DNA from: a virus
Lineage: Duplodnaviria > Heunggongvirae > Uroviricota > Caudoviricetes
IMG/VR virus record: IMGVR_UViG_2585427966_000002
Length of the DNA: 54,288 nucleotides
Reading direction: 5' to 3' (one strand)
Shown here one piece after another: positions 1 through 10,565 of this stretch. The notes under the pieces are model-generated. The model did not search any database, was not told where the DNA came from, and saw only the letters and a program-made list of their open reading frames with translations. Numbering within the stretch: position 1 is the stretch's first letter; each line of letters begins with the position of its first letter. The translations under genes were made by a program, and so were the position numbers.

Positions 1-219
1 CTACGATAACCGCGCATTCAACATGGCTATCTGTTCGTCGTTCATGTCATCAATCCACATACCGTAAATTTCATACACCATCTGCGCAGTTTCATGCCCC
101 ATTTGGCTGGCTATAAATGCCGGGTTCGCTCCTGCCGTCAACAGCCAGCAGGCAAAAGTATGCCGCGTATGGTACGGATTACGGCGGCGAATACCAGCAC
201 GTTTTACTGCTGCATTCCA
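1..219. repeat. Left copy of ~219-bp direct repeat (integrase 3' end), about 3 mismatches to 52202-52420
   Basis: Aligned by eye to 52202-52420; differences at about positions 30, 103, 163, then divergence after 219. Confidence 0.8.
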
Positions 220-1236
220 CCTTGCCCCCAAACTGCTTACCGAGTAATAAGGTTTTTGTTTTCCGTTACACACCCTGGGCATGAAAACAAAATGCAGTTT
301 TTGCTTTTCGGTTCTGCCGTACTCCCGATGATAAAAGGTGATTTCGCTTTTGCGATGATGCCCGGTCAGTTTGTATTGCTCCTTCAGTGCTTCAAGAGCA
401 GGCTGCAGTAGTGTTACTGTTCGGATCCCGGCATTTGTTTTTGGGGGACCGAACATATCAAGTATCGTCAGGTTTCTTCTGACATTCACTATTCCCTTTT
501 CGAGATCCACATCCTCCCACGCCAGAGCTGCCAGTTCCCCGTGACGAAGTCCTGAGTAAACGGCAAATTTCCACAAGTTCTGGCTCTGTCCTTTTTCACT
601 TTCCATTAATGCATTGAATTCTGTTTTAGATAACGGATCAGGCTTTATTCTGTTTCGCTGTAATTTTTTTACTCCTTCAAATGGTTTGGTTGATATAAAT
701 CCCGACTGATACGCAAAACGCAACAGCGAACAGAGCAGGGCGATATAGTTATCAACTGTGCGCACGGTTCTTCCTTTTTTGTTGGATCTTGGATTATCCA
801 GGTAAAGCGTTTCTCCATGCAGCAGTTCATTCCGGTAGTTTAAGATATCGCTATAACGAATATGTGATATTGGGGTACTTTCACAAATTATTATTCTGAG
901 TGTTTTTAATTGTGATTTCGTTTTCTTCATTGTGTTTGTTGTTAACTCTGTCTCTTTAATTTTTGTCCAGATATCACAAAGCTCTCCGAACGTTTTTATG
1001 ACTCTCGTTGTCACCATTTTTGCCCCAGTGCTGGACTGGGGAAAACGTCTTAAATACTCAAATTCACCGGAGTTTATTTCATGAACTATCAGCGCTCTTA
1101 AATTTCCGGCCTTTTTAATATTACTGTTTGTAATCTCCCAGCCTTTTAATGTTTCCCGACATCGTTTTCCTCGAAACATGAACCAGATGCGAATGTATCT
1201 ACCTCTAATCTCGACACCTGTTGGTAATTTAGACAT
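1..1236 (-). CDS. intR: Tyrosine integrase, Rac prophage IntR-type (411 aa)
   Basis: Full ORF from track; C-terminal catalytic region (HTRHTFACWLL...Y); sequence matches my memory of IntR; followed by xis and recET as in Rac. Window begins at its stop codon. Confidence 0.9.
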   Translation of the reverse strand: MSKLPTGVEIRGRYIRIWFMFRGKRCRETLKGWEITNSNIKKAGNLRALIVHEINSGEFEYLRRFPQSSTGAKMVTTRVIKTFGELCDIWTKIKETELTTNTMKKTKSQLKTLRIIICESTPISHIRYSDILNYRNELLHGETLYLDNPRSNKKGRTVRTVDNYIALLCSLLRFAYQSGFISTKPFEGVKKLQRNRIKPDPLSKTEFNALMESEKGQSQNLWKFAVYSGLRHGELAALAWEDVDLEKGIVNVRRNLTILDMFGPPKTNAGIRTVTLLQPALEALKEQYKLTGHHRKSEITFYHREYGRTEKQKLHFVFMPRVCNGKQKPYYSVSSLGARWNAAVKRAGIRRRNPYHTRHTFACWLLTAGANPAFIASQMGHETAQMVYEIYGMWIDDMNDEQIAMLNARLS

Positions 1237-1237
1237 A

Positions 1238-1453
1238 TCATGAGTCTTTGATAAACTGATTTATCTTTGGATAGTTGTACCAGATAATCCCTCGTTTGCT
1301 GTCTGGCTTACCTAAAGGAGATACTCGTTTGAAGTGGAAGCCCTCCACCCAACAGTTCTGGCGGTATGCTTCAATTTGTCTGGCCCCCAGACCAGTGCGA
1401 AGCATCAGGCCGTATTCAACCATCCACTCTTCATTAAAGATTACTTGTGCCAT
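1238..1453 (-). CDS. xisR: Excisionase (XisR/YdaQ-like, 71 aa)
   Basis: Track ORF 1238-1477; start moved to internal Met ([10 protein letters not shown]...) matching remembered Rac excisionase; directly upstream of int. Confidence 0.7.
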   Translation of the reverse strand: MAQVIFNEEWMVEYGLMLRTGLGARQIEAYRQNCWVEGFHFKRVSPLGKPDSKRGIIWYNYPKINQFIKDS

Positions 1454-1531
1454 CGCATCACCTCTGGCAGGCGCCAATGTTAGACTGAAATTGACGCCCG
1501 ATGTTGATTATTAATAATCAGCTATGAAGTT

Positions 1532-1741
1532 TTAATTTGAATATAATGCAATTCTCGAGGACTGAAGTTTCTCGCAATTAAAATTTATCAGTTTTACTTT
1601 CTGCTCTCTGGAAACGCCTGCTTCTTTTTTACCTGAGAGCATTTTTTCGCATTCTGATTTCGTTAGTTTAGATTTTGAATATCTTGTCCAGTTAGTAGGA
1701 GTGCCACCTTCCTTTTCAATAGTGGCGGTAATTTTATACAT
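1532..1741 (-). CDS. ydaC: Rac prophage protein YdaC-like (69 aa)
   Basis: Track ORF 1532-1813 trimmed to MYKITATIEKEGG...; position between xis and ralR as in Rac. Confidence 0.6.
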   Translation of the reverse strand: MYKITATIEKEGGTPTNWTRYSKSKLTKSECEKMLSGKKEAGVSREQKVKLINFNCEKLQSSRIALYSN

Positions 1742-1928
1742 GAACACCTCCATTATTATTTCCAGTGGTTCGTTTATTCCATCTTTCGAGTGCTTCTTTT
1801 TCACTTCCACCATAACCGGTTCGGGATTCGCATCCGTTACACTTCGCTCGGTAATATCCTGAAATGGCTTTCACCGTTACTGATGGACAACCACAAAATG
1901 GACATGGTTTAACATTGTCATATCTCAT
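1734..1928 (-). CDS. ralR: RalR-like toxin/antirestriction protein (64 aa, Cys-rich)
   Basis: Track ORF 1734-1967 trimmed to MRYDNVKPCPFCGCP...; matches remembered RalR; immediately upstream of recT. Confidence 0.7.
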   Translation of the reverse strand: MRYDNVKPCPFCGCPSVTVKAISGYYRAKCNGCESRTGYGGSEKEALERWNKRTTGNNNGGVHV

Positions 1929-1984
1929 AATTTTGCTCATAAAAAATATTTCAAGTTGGCGGTGCATTACACCGCCAGGCTGAA

Positions 1985-2794
1985 TTATTCCTCTGAATTA
2001 TCGATTACACTGTATTCCCCGGTTAATACAGAGGAATCTGCAGGATCGATTGTCAGTGGTTCCTTTTCATCCATTGATACTGCACGCTGGATCTCAATTG
2101 ATACGGGCAGATATTTGAACAGGCGACGAATAGCCGTTTTCTTTGCCATTTCTTCCCAGTGAGTTACCCACGGCCCGTTATTACCAGCTTTACTCAGGCT
2201 GCGCACCAGCTCAATCTGTTTGCGCGTCATAACTTCAAACTGAGTACCTCCGTCTTTCAGTCTTGCGACAGCATAGACGTGGGTAACCGGGGCATCTTCG
2301 TTTTCTCCCGGGCGGTGTATTAACTTTTCATCAAGGCCAAATTCGAAGCTAAACTCGTCACCTTCACGGACAACACGGGCTGACAGGCTGGCGATTTGAC
2401 CAGAACGGCGAGCCAGATCAATCATGCCGCGATAGCCAATGATTAGCTGAACGTTCTTTTTACCGCTCTTTTCGTTTTTATTACCAAAAGGCAGTAAATA
2501 TGCATGACCGAGGGCGCTACCTGGCTCAAGTCCGAGCTGTGAACACTGTACGATCGCACTGACAAAACTCATAGTGTCACAGTTTCCTAACGCCGGAACT
2601 TTACGAATTTCTGTAGTGGCGATACGGATCATACGTTCAGCCGTCATATGGCGTGGAAGAGCTGCTGCCAGTTGCTCTTTCATTGATGGCTGGTTAATAA
2701 AACTAATCACGTCGCTATTTTTAACTGCTGCTGGTGCACGGTTTCCCTGAGTTTTTTGCAGATCGGCTTTTGCGATTGGTGGTTGCTTAGTCAT
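1985..2794 (-). CDS. recT: RecT single-strand annealing recombinase (269 aa)
   Basis: Track ORF 1985-2851; start at [16 protein letters not shown] matches remembered RecT; overlaps recE stop by 8 nt. Confidence 0.9.
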   Translation of the reverse strand: MTKQPPIAKADLQKTQGNRAPAAVKNSDVISFINQPSMKEQLAAALPRHMTAERMIRIATTEIRKVPALGNCDTMSFVSAIVQCSQLGLEPGSALGHAYLLPFGNKNEKSGKKNVQLIIGYRGMIDLARRSGQIASLSARVVREGDEFSFEFGLDEKLIHRPGENEDAPVTHVYAVARLKDGGTQFEVMTRKQIELVRSLSKAGNNGPWVTHWEEMAKKTAIRRLFKYLPVSIEIQRAVSMDEKEPLTIDPADSSVLTGEYSVIDNSEE

Positions 2795-5387
2795 TTGCAT
2801 ATTCCTTAGCCCAGCGGGGCAGTGATAATGTCTTAATAGCTGGCCATTCATCGGTATTCAGGCAGTCAGACAGGGTTCGCAGATTGCGGTGATATTCCTG
2901 TTGACCTGCCAGTTTTGCTTCTTCGCCCATCATGAAAATTTCAACCGGATAACGTCCGCATTCAATAGTTGTGCTGGCAACCAGAAAAACGAAAGTTGGC
3001 TGCACTCCAAACAGTGCTTCATAACCGTCACTGTAGAATGCATCCTGAACGTGATAGCGGTAGTCGTAATAAGCGGTTTTGAATCGTTGAATATCCGCCG
3101 TAGTTTTCACGTCCATGATCCAGTGAAATTCAGGGATAATTTTGTCCGGACGGCACCGACACAAAATTCCTGTTTCAGGATCTTCCCAGTAAATTGATGA
3201 TTCAGCGTGTCCGGCGCTTTCAACAAGCCATTGCCCCAGCGGCAAAGCCATAACGCTTTGATACATGAGTTCAATTTTCCGGCCTTCTTCCGCAGTGATA
3301 ACCGTTTTTCCTGTGCTTGCGCATTCCATCAGAAACGCTTTCTCTTCTTCTTTTCCGGCGTTTGTACGGCGGTTAAATTCAGGTGCTACGATAAAGCGGT
3401 TACTGAATTCTTCCGGTTCAAGTACCCGGCAGTGGAAAGCAGTTCCTAAATCGAGCGTTTTTGTCTTTGTGGTGTCCACGGGGGCATTTTTACGCCACAA
3501 ATATAGTGCCGGAGTATCAGCAATGTCATCGAGCTGAGACTTACTGATACCGGGACCCGCGTGGTAATTCTCATTCGAAATTCCGTAATAAATACCTGGC
3601 TCTATGTCTTCTACGATTACGGGATCTGCGACTTCGCCAGTTTCATCACTGCAATCGTGATGCGGATCGCTGCCAGCATTCTCATTGTGCGGATGTTCAG
3701 CGCCTTCCATTTCCTCCGGATCATTTTCCTTAGCTTCAACCTGACTCTCTTCATCGAATGTTTCCTGGTATGTTGCGTCGCCCATCACCGCACCACAGTC
3801 AGGGCAGTTATCCCCGCCAGTCTGGCCGCAGGCATTGCAGGCTATTTCCGGTTCCTGTTGCACTACTGGCTCAGGTTGATTCATATCTGGGCTGGTTTTT
3901 TCCGTTTCTGGCTGGTTCTGGTACACACAATCGCGAGTCTGGATCCCCTTTACCCATTTCGGATCGTTCGGGTCGCTAATTCCGTCAACAAATTCACCAC
4001 GTGATGCAGCAAGCAATTTATCGGCATCGACAGGATTTTTTGATGGAATGTTTTTCCGGGCTTCATGGAGTTCTGCCCGCAGTTCCTGATATTTCGCATC
4101 AACAGAATTTACCTGTGACTGAGCATCCAGCGGCTGCGTGTCCTGATGATGTTCAGTTGCGTCCGGTTCCATTGTTTCAGCCTCTCCCTGTTCAACTGCC
4201 GTTGTTCCAGATGGTTGCGGTTTTTCTTCATCATCCTGTTTTCCTTCTTCTGTTACTCGCTGCGGCATCGGGGCAGAGGAGCGACCGCAGGCAATATCCA
4301 CGATTTCCGGATCAGGGTTGGCATGATCGGTTTCAGTCAGTACTTTGTTCAGATATTCAGTGACGTGCGCGGGGATGACCTCGATCCCAATTGGTGCTTC
4401 TTTTACGGACGCAACCACGATGGCGCGGGAATAATCCAGCCCGCCAGGCATGGTGATGAATTTGTCGCGGAAAACAGAAAAGGGCGGTTTATTTTCAGCG
4501 ATAATTTCCTCAATGCGTTTAGCGTGTGCCGGATGAAGGTTATAGATGTCCAGATCCATTGAACGGGCCAGTACGCCAGTGGCTACGTCGCGCGCCAGTG
4601 ACGTCAGATCGTGTACGAAACCTTCGCCGCGATCGGTGAGGTTTCCGCCGCCAGCATTAGCACCGGAAGCCGTGCGAGTGATGTGTGAAACACGATTACC
4701 CTTCATCCACTCTTTTGTCAGCAGTCCTCGATCGGTGTAGTCAGCGTTCAGGTATGCTTCGAAAAAAGCAGTTATCAGTCCCAGGTTTGAATTACCAGGA
4801 TTAGGGAAAACTTTGTCAGTGTCACGAACCAGTTTGTGGAGTTCGCGAATTTCCAGCGGGTCGAGCAGGCTGGTTTTGTGGGAAACAGCCAGGGCAGTAA
4901 CAGCCGGTAGTTCTTCAGCCCGAGCAATGTGTAATGCCTGGAGTCCGTCGCGTGAAACGTGCGTTACCGGTTTTTCGCTGCCGTGTTGAGCAAGCCAACG
5001 AATGGGCAGTTCCTGGCCAGAAATTGGGAGTAGCATATTCTCCTCAATCTCAGTCATGTCTTCGCCGTTGACGTTGGTATTGCCTTGATAATGAGCGTTG
5101 TCTGGTGCTGCTCCCGGTTTTAGTTCCCATGTCATGGAGTCTTTGCTGAGTTGATAGCGTTCACTCCAGGTAAAATCGATCTCACCTTCAGCGGGCAGGT
5201 CATTAACGACAGGAAAATTCGTGGCAACAGCTTTAAAATAGCTGCTCAGTTTTTTACCTGACTTAACGATCAGGTAGTCCAGAGTGGCACAGGTCGATTC
5301 AAAATCGTTGCTTGCCCACAGGACGACGTCAGGTTCACCGGATGATTTTTTCGCTTTCCGTAACAGGAAGAGTGGTTTTGTGCTCAT
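2787..5387 (-). CDS. recE: RecE exonuclease VIII (866 aa)
   Basis: 866-aa ORF, the length I recall for RecE; acidic low-complexity middle region and C-terminal nuclease region; recE-recT operon arrangement. Confidence 0.9.
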   Translation of the reverse strand: MSTKPLFLLRKAKKSSGEPDVVLWASNDFESTCATLDYLIVKSGKKLSSYFKAVATNFPVVNDLPAEGEIDFTWSERYQLSKDSMTWELKPGAAPDNAHYQGNTNVNGEDMTEIEENMLLPISGQELPIRWLAQHGSEKPVTHVSRDGLQALHIARAEELPAVTALAVSHKTSLLDPLEIRELHKLVRDTDKVFPNPGNSNLGLITAFFEAYLNADYTDRGLLTKEWMKGNRVSHITRTASGANAGGGNLTDRGEGFVHDLTSLARDVATGVLARSMDLDIYNLHPAHAKRIEEIIAENKPPFSVFRDKFITMPGGLDYSRAIVVASVKEAPIGIEVIPAHVTEYLNKVLTETDHANPDPEIVDIACGRSSAPMPQRVTEEGKQDDEEKPQPSGTTAVEQGEAETMEPDATEHHQDTQPLDAQSQVNSVDAKYQELRAELHEARKNIPSKNPVDADKLLAASRGEFVDGISDPNDPKWVKGIQTRDCVYQNQPETEKTSPDMNQPEPVVQQEPEIACNACGQTGGDNCPDCGAVMGDATYQETFDEESQVEAKENDPEEMEGAEHPHNENAGSDPHHDCSDETGEVADPVIVEDIEPGIYYGISNENYHAGPGISKSQLDDIADTPALYLWRKNAPVDTTKTKTLDLGTAFHCRVLEPEEFSNRFIVAPEFNRRTNAGKEEEKAFLMECASTGKTVITAEEGRKIELMYQSVMALPLGQWLVESAGHAESSIYWEDPETGILCRCRPDKIIPEFHWIMDVKTTADIQRFKTAYYDYRYHVQDAFYSDGYEALFGVQPTFVFLVASTTIECGRYPVEIFMMGEEAKLAGQQEYHRNLRTLSDCLNTDEWPAIKTLSLPRWAKEYAND

Positions 5388-5488
5388 TGTTTTTTAACCT
5401 CAACTCAGATTAAAATTCGTTTTGTTCAGTGAATGATCTTGCCGGATACACACTGTTCATAGCCTGCGCCATACGCAGGCTATTTCTT

Positions 5489-5764
5489 TCAGATTTCACC
5501 TTTTAATTTCATTGCAATTAGAGTTGCCAGAAATTCGGCTTTTTTTTCTGCGGGCAGATTCTTTCCGATATGCACCAGGCACATTTTTTTGACACCTTCA
5601 TCAAGTGTTTTTACGTTGCCTGATGGACCATCGATATCAACCACAGTGAATGGGGTTTCTTTATTTTCTGTTTTAATTACGTAGCCAATGCGCTTTCCTT
5701 CCAGATTCACCTCGTGAACAATGTCATCGGTAGTTACAACAGTGGCTTCATAATTGGTAATCAT
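5489..5764 (-). CDS. racC: RacC-like protein (91 aa)
   Basis: Track ORF 5489-5812 trimmed to MITNYEATVVTTDD...; position after recE. Confidence 0.7.
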   Translation of the reverse strand: MITNYEATVVTTDDIVHEVNLEGKRIGYVIKTENKETPFTVVDIDGPSGNVKTLDEGVKKMCLVHIGKNLPAEKKAEFLATLIAMKLKGEI

Positions 5765-5838
5765 GTTTTTCTCCTTAATTAAGGTTGAGCGAATACCTGC
5801 CATTTCTGGCATAAATTCAGTTTCGAATAGTCAATTAA

Positions 5839-6009
5839 TTAAAGTTCATGTGCCATCTGGTCTTTTTCGGCACAAGCTTCACTGCAATATTTTCTCGGTT
5901 CGTCTTTTGATAAAATCCCGTGCATGAAGTGAAGCATTCTTTCAATAGCTTTGCTTTCTTCAACGTCTTTTTTGCAAAGGTGGTAAGCACATTTTATTTT
6001 CTTAGTCAT
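5839..6009 (-). CDS. ydaE: YdaE-like small Cys-rich protein (56 aa)
   Basis: Not in ORF track (<60 aa); my translation of the minus strand gives [56 protein letters not shown]; start overlaps kilR stop. Coordinates +/-2. Confidence 0.55.
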   Translation of the reverse strand: MTKKIKCAYHLCKKDVEESKAIERMLHFMHGILSKDEPRKYCSEACAEKDQMAHEL

Positions 6010-6230
6010 CACCATGACTCCGCCTTTACAGGTAAACCATCACAACCGAGGAAGACTTTAATCATGCGGTCAGTAATGCATGTTTTTGTGGTCAGGTTAC
6101 GAATATATAGTTTTCGCTTTTTAATATTGTTTGCCGAGGCAATATATGTCCGGCCTTCATGAAGAACATAATCGCCAGGAGTCACACACTGACGTGGTAT
6201 TTCATCAGTTCCGAAGTGATGTGCAATCAT
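6009..6230 (-). CDS. kilR: KilR cell-division (FtsZ) inhibitor (73 aa)
   Basis: Track ORF 6009-6242 trimmed to [14 protein letters not shown]...; matches remembered KilR. Confidence 0.8.
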   Translation of the reverse strand: MIAHHFGTDEIPRQCVTPGDYVLHEGRTYIASANNIKKRKLYIRNLTTKTCITDRMIKVFLGCDGLPVKAESW

Positions 6231-6671
6231 AATTATCTCCATTTTTACAAATGAATTTTGTTGATGCGGTGCCTGGTGCCTCCAGGTGACTGCAACCAGT
6301 TAACAATTACAGTCGGCTTTCCCACCCAAACCAATAAGGACTAACATGACTTTTAACTGTGCCACGTGCGCTTAGCCGCATTCACCGCATCACAAAATTC
6401 ACTTTAAAAAGGGCGGACATCAGCCGAACTTCAAGAAAAAAACTGATGCCGCCAGGACTACACACAGCAATGTCGTTATTTACAACCGGAGGCGCACTCC
6501 CACCATTTAAATTTAACAGACAAGACCGACTCTTTATGGATATCGGAAATGCGCCTTCGTGTTGTGCCCGGTTTTATTTCACCACCTCCGGGCTTCGGTG
6601 GTCTCGGCTATACCCCTACAGCGAGAGCTTGTGTTAACATTTCAATACCCTTACAGTTGAGAGTTATTGAT

Positions 6672-7160
6672 ATGTTGGATGTATTTACTCCATTGTTGAA
6701 ACTTTTTGCTAACGAGCCACTCGAAAGACTTATGTATACGATTATCATTTTTGGTCTCACTCTCTGGCTGATACCGAAAGAGTTTGCTGTCGCATTCAAT
6801 GCTTATACTGAAATACCCTGGCTCTTTCAGATTATCGTTTTTGCCTTTTCTTTCGTGGTCGCTATTTCCTTCTCAAGATTGCGAGCACATATTCAAAAGC
6901 ATTATTCATTGCTACCAGAGCAACGAGTATTGCTTCGTTTATCTGAGAAAGAAATCGCTGTATTTAAAGATTTCCTTAAAACAGGAAATCTTATTATCAC
7001 TTCTCCTTGCCGTAACCCGGTTATGAAAAAATTAGAACGGAAGGGCATCATTCAACATCAGAGTGATAGCGCAAACTGTTCTTATTATCTCGTCACCGAA
7101 AAATACTCCCACTTTATGAAGTTATTCTGGAACAGCAGGAGCAGGCGTTTTAATCGTTAG
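6672..7160 (+). CDS. sieB: Superinfection exclusion protein B (162 aa, membrane)
   Basis: Track ORF 6549-7160; start at MLDVFTPLLKLFANEPLERL matches remembered SieB; hydrophobic N-terminus. Confidence 0.8.
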   Translation: MLDVFTPLLKLFANEPLERLMYTIIIFGLTLWLIPKEFAVAFNAYTEIPWLFQIIVFAFSFVVAISFSRLRAHIQKHYSLLPEQRVLLRLSEKEIAVFKDFLKTGNLIITSPCRNPVMKKLERKGIIQHQSDSANCSYYLVTEKYSHFMKLFWNSRSRRFNR

Positions 7161-7312
7161 CTTACTGTGTGCTTCTCCAACCATCGTCGTGCGCCAGCTT
7201 CGGTTTTAAACGTTTTGCTTTTGGTATACGTCATGGCAGTGAACGTTCCATCCTGGTTGGGGAACACGCCGCACACCAGGGATTCGTTATTGCCGAGGTC
7301 GATTTTTTGCAT
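7157..7312 (-). CDS. ydaG: YdaG-like small protein (about 51 aa)
   Basis: My minus-strand translation gives MQKIDLGNNESLVCGVFPNQDGTFTAMTYTKSKTFKTEAGARRWLEKHTVS; overlaps sieB stop. Confidence 0.5.
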   Translation of the reverse strand: MQKIDLGNNESLVCGVFPNQDGTFTAMTYTKSKTFKTEAGARRWLEKHTVS

Positions 7313-7322
7313 TTTTCGCACC

Positions 7323-7457
7323 TCACATCTTGTTGTTGCGGATAGAGGCTTCTGCCTGCCAGAGATCCCAGTCGTTGCTGCGTAGAGCCTGTACAGCCTG
7401 GCTGTAAGTGATATCGCAACAATCCATCAAATACTGAACTACTTCGTAATGCACCAT
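7323..7457 (-). CDS. ydaF: YdaF-like small protein (44 aa)
   Basis: Track ORF 7323-7505; internal start MVHYEVVQYLMDCCD preceded by AAGGGGAGAG RBS-like sequence on the minus strand. Confidence 0.5.
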   Translation of the reverse strand: MVHYEVVQYLMDCCDITYSQAVQALRSNDWDLWQAEASIRNNKM

Positions 7458-7747
7458 CTTATCTCTCCCCTTAACGCCGGGTGGCGGAACTGAAACCTGC
7501 TGCACTGCAAAATCTGAACCCTGCCGTCATGTTCATACGCCTCGGGCTGGCTACTTAACCCCTGACCACTGCCTGGTAACTCGAAGTATTGCCCTGCGTT
7601 CTGTGGGGCGGGGTGGGTTGGTAGGTATATGATGTACTTTGTGTTCATTGATGTAAAGTACTTTAAGTACATTTTGTGTGTAAAAAAATGAGATGGGATA
7701 AAGTGAAGCACAAACCCGGAGGGGGGAGCTACCGGATTTATGCTGGT

Positions 7748-8167
7748 TTAAGAGGCTTTTTGTTTTTTCTTTCGTGCTAACTCTTCGTAAATTGCATTGT
7801 ACTTCTGTTTTTTCTCCTCAAGAGTTTTTAAAAGTTCATCTGTCTCACTGTCAGGGAGCTCGTCCAGAAGGTCAATGATGATTTTTTGTCTTGGATTTAA
7901 CTCCTGATAGAAACGTACCTGTCCACTTTCTTCTGTATCCTCTCCCAAAAGATAGGTTGGTGTTGTTCCAATGAGTGTTGCTAATTCCCTTAATTTCTCT
8001 CGGCGAGGAATTGTTTCGCCATTAAACCATTTGCTAACCGCTTTTGGTGTTAATTTCATTCGACGGGCAATTTCTGCCTGCCTTCCATGTTGTTCATAAC
8101 CAGCGTTTTCACAGGCTAGCGCAAGCCTACTGGCGAACTCTTTACGCGCTTTATCTTCATGAACCAT
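7748..8167 (-). CDS. racR: Prophage repressor, XRE-family HTH (RacR-like)
   Basis: 139-aa track ORF with HTH region (MKLTPKAVSKWFNGETIPRREKLRELA); divergent from cro-like ydaS as in Rac. Confidence 0.75.
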   Translation of the reverse strand: MVHEDKARKEFASRLALACENAGYEQHGRQAEIARRMKLTPKAVSKWFNGETIPRREKLRELATLIGTTPTYLLGEDTEESGQVRFYQELNPRQKIIIDLLDELPDSETDELLKTLEEKKQKYNAIYEELARKKKQKAS

Positions 8168-8246
8168 AAGTTCAATGATATTCGCTCTTGAATGTACTGT
8201 CAGTTCTGTTATAGCATGTACTCAAAGTTCACATTGTGAGGGTGAT
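8168..8246. promoter_or_regulatory. Divergent racR / ydaS promoter-operator region
   Basis: 79-bp gap between divergently oriented repressor and cro-like genes; GAGGG RBS 5 nt before the ydaS ATG; operators not resolved by eye. Confidence 0.35.
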
Positions 8247-8501
8247 ATGAACCAGAAAACACTTGAAGATGTAATCAAAACTGTTCGCGTTTCTGTTGTG
8301 GCCGACGTTTGTGGTGTCAGCCAAAGAGCAATCTACAAATGGATGGATAACGGAAAATTGCCTCGCACAGAATATACCGGCGAAACAAATTACGCTGAAA
8401 AAATCGCTCATGCATCAAACGGATTATTTTCTGCCGATGTAATTTTAACTATTGGCAGAAATAAAACTACTACGAAAAAGCTGATGGGAGTTGATTCATG
8501 A
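8247..8501 (+). CDS. ydaS: Cro-like HTH protein YdaS (84 aa)
   Basis: Track ORF 8175-8501 trimmed to the ATG with RBS; HTH (VADVCGVSQRAIYKWMDNGKLP); divergent from racR. Confidence 0.7.
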   Translation: MNQKTLEDVIKTVRVSVVADVCGVSQRAIYKWMDNGKLPRTEYTGETNYAEKIAHASNGLFSADVILTIGRNKTTTKKLMGVDS

Positions 8502-8920
8502 AAATCAAGCATGAGCACATCGAGTCAGTGTTGTTAGCCCTGGCAGCCGAAAAAGGGCAGGCATGGGTAGCCAATGCCATTACTGAAGAATATCTGCGCC
8601 AGGGGGGCGGCGAATTGCCCCTGGTACCAGGCAAGGACTGGAATAATCAGCAGAACATCTATCACCGTTGGTTAAAAGGTGAAACGGAAGCGCAAAGGGA
8701 AAAAATTCAGAAACTGATCCCTGCAATTCTGGCAATCCTTCCGCGCGAGCTGCGTCACCGACTCTGCATCTTCGATACCCTGGAACGCCGTGCATTACTG
8801 GCGGCGCAGGAAGCGTTAAGTACGGCAATTGATGCGCATGATGATGCAGTCCAGGCCGTTTACCGGAAAGCGCATTTCAGCGGCGGCGGGTCTTCCGACG
8901 ATTCTGTCATTGTTCATTAA
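8498..8920 (+). CDS. ydaT: CII-like regulator/toxin YdaT (140 aa)
   Basis: Track ORF; ATGA overlap with ydaS; matches remembered YdaT. Confidence 0.75.
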   Translation: MKIKHEHIESVLLALAAEKGQAWVANAITEEYLRQGGGELPLVPGKDWNNQQNIYHRWLKGETEAQREKIQKLIPAILAILPRELRHRLCIFDTLERRALLAAQEALSTAIDAHDDAVQAVYRKAHFSGGGSSDDSVIVH

Positions 8921-8932
8921 GCAAAAGTTTCC

Positions 8933-9790
8933 ATGCTGTTTGTGCTTATTCTAAGCAACCGGGCAGCATCATACGGGGCAATTATGGCCGCATTACCATA
9001 CATGCAACTGTACATAGCTGATTACCTGGCTGACACCATGCATTTGTCAGCAGAGGAGCATGGTGCGTATTTGTTGCTGATGTTCAATTACTGGCAAACA
9101 GGAAAGCCAATACCTAAAAACAGGCTGGCAAAAATTGCCCGTCTGACTAACGAGCGATGGGCTGATGTTGAACCATCCTTGCAGGAGTTTTTTTGCGATA
9201 ACGGCGAGGAATGGGTGCATCTTCGGATTGAGGAAGATCTGGCATCAGTCAGGGAAAAATTAACCAAAAAATCAGCCGCAGGAAAAGCATCTGTTCAGGC
9301 CAGAAGAAGCAGAAAGGAAGCAGATGTTCAAACAAAACAAGAGAGAAATTTAACAGGTGTTCAAACAGATGTTGAAGTGGTGTTTGAACATGATGTCAAC
9401 ACAAAGGCAACTAATAAAGATACAGATAAAGATCTAAAAACAGATCCCCCCCTAAATCCCCCCCGGGGGAATCGAGGTGTCAAAAAGTTTGACCCTCTGG
9501 ATATTGCTTTGCCGAACTGGATTTCTGTCTCGCTTTGGCGTGAGTGGGTTGAATTTCGCCAGGCATTGCGAAAACCGATTCGAACGGAGCAGGGCGCTAA
9601 CGGGGCGATACGGGAGCTGGAAAAATTCCGCCAGCAGGGTTTTTCACCTGAGCAGGTGATTCGACACAGCATCGCCAATGAATACCAGGGCTTGTTCGCG
9701 CCGAAAGGTGTTCGACCTGAGACGTTACTCCGACAGGTTAACACCGTCTCGTTACCGGATAGTGCGATCCCGCCAGGCTTCAGGGGGTAA
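8933..9790 (+). CDS. ydaU: YdaU (285 aa), replication-module protein
   Basis: Track ORF 285 aa; precedes the DnaC-like gene, in the position of a replication initiator. Confidence 0.75.
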   Translation: MLFVLILSNRAASYGAIMAALPYMQLYIADYLADTMHLSAEEHGAYLLLMFNYWQTGKPIPKNRLAKIARLTNERWADVEPSLQEFFCDNGEEWVHLRIEEDLASVREKLTKKSAAGKASVQARRSRKEADVQTKQERNLTGVQTDVEVVFEHDVNTKATNKDTDKDLKTDPPLNPPRGNRGVKKFDPLDIALPNWISVSLWREWVEFRQALRKPIRTEQGANGAIRELEKFRQQGFSPEQVIRHSIANEYQGLFAPKGVRPETLLRQVNTVSLPDSAIPPGFRG

Positions 9791-9796
9791 CTGACC

Positions 9797-10543
9797 ATGA
9801 AAAATATTGCGACAGGCGATGTTCTTGAACGTATCCGCAGACTGGCCCCGTCACATGTAACCGCGCCATTCAAGACGGTAGCGGAGTGGCGCGAGTGGCA
9901 ACTTTCCGAAGGCCAGAAACGTTGTGAGGAGATCAACCGTCAGAATCGTCAGTTGCGGGTGGAAAAAATTCTGAATCGCTCTGGCATCCAGCCATTGCAC
10001 CGCAAATGCTCGTTTTCGAATTACCAGGTGCAGAACGAAGGGCAGCGATACGCGTTGAGTCAGGCGAAATCCATCGCTGATGAACTGATGACCGGGTGTA
10101 CAAATTTTGCGTTCAGCGGAAAACCTGGTACCGGGAAGAACCACTTAGCGGCAGCTATCGGGAATCGCCTGCTGAAAGACGGTCAGACAGTGATTGTGGT
10201 TACCGTGGCTGATGTTATGAGTGCCCTGCACGCCAGCTATGACGATGGGCAGTCAGGCGAAAAATTTTTGCGGGAACTGTGCGAAGTGGATCTGCTGGTT
10301 CTTGATGAAATTGGCATTCAGCGCGAGACGAAAAACGAGCAGGTGGTACTGCACCAGATTGTTGATCGCCGGACAGCGTCGATGCGCAGCGTGGGGATGC
10401 TGACAAACCTGAACTATGAGGCCATGAAAACATTGCTCGGCGAGCGGATTATGGATCGCATGACCATGAACGGCGGGCGATGGGTGAATTTTAACTGGGA
10501 GAGCTGGCGTCCGAATGTCGTCCAGCCAGGAATTGCGAAGTAA
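9797..10543 (+). CDS. ydaV: DnaC-like helicase loader, AAA+ ATPase (248 aa)
   Basis: Walker [16 protein letters not shown] and Walker B LLVLDEIG visible in the translation. Confidence 0.85.
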   Translation: MKNIATGDVLERIRRLAPSHVTAPFKTVAEWREWQLSEGQKRCEEINRQNRQLRVEKILNRSGIQPLHRKCSFSNYQVQNEGQRYALSQAKSIADELMTGCTNFAFSGKPGTGKNHLAAAIGNRLLKDGQTVIVVTVADVMSALHASYDDGQSGEKFLRELCEVDLLVLDEIGIQRETKNEQVVLHQIVDRRTASMRSVGMLTNLNYEAMKTLLGERIMDRMTMNGGRWVNFNWESWRPNVVQPGIAK

Positions 10544-10565
10544 TTTTTACCGGGAGAAAAATTTA

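Noticed and set aside
2889-4740. Series of plus-strand ORFs (64-147 aa) antisense to recE
   Set aside because: All lie inside the well-supported 866-aa recE frame on the opposite strand; no RBS or recognisable motifs; typical antisense artefacts.
7439-7711. 90-aa minus-strand ORF between ydaF and racR
   Set aside because: Lies in what looks like regulatory DNA with palindromes; low-complexity translation; more likely non-coding.
9361-9936. 191-aa minus-strand ORF overlapping ydaU and ydaV
   Set aside because: Antisense to two well-supported replication genes; no start context.
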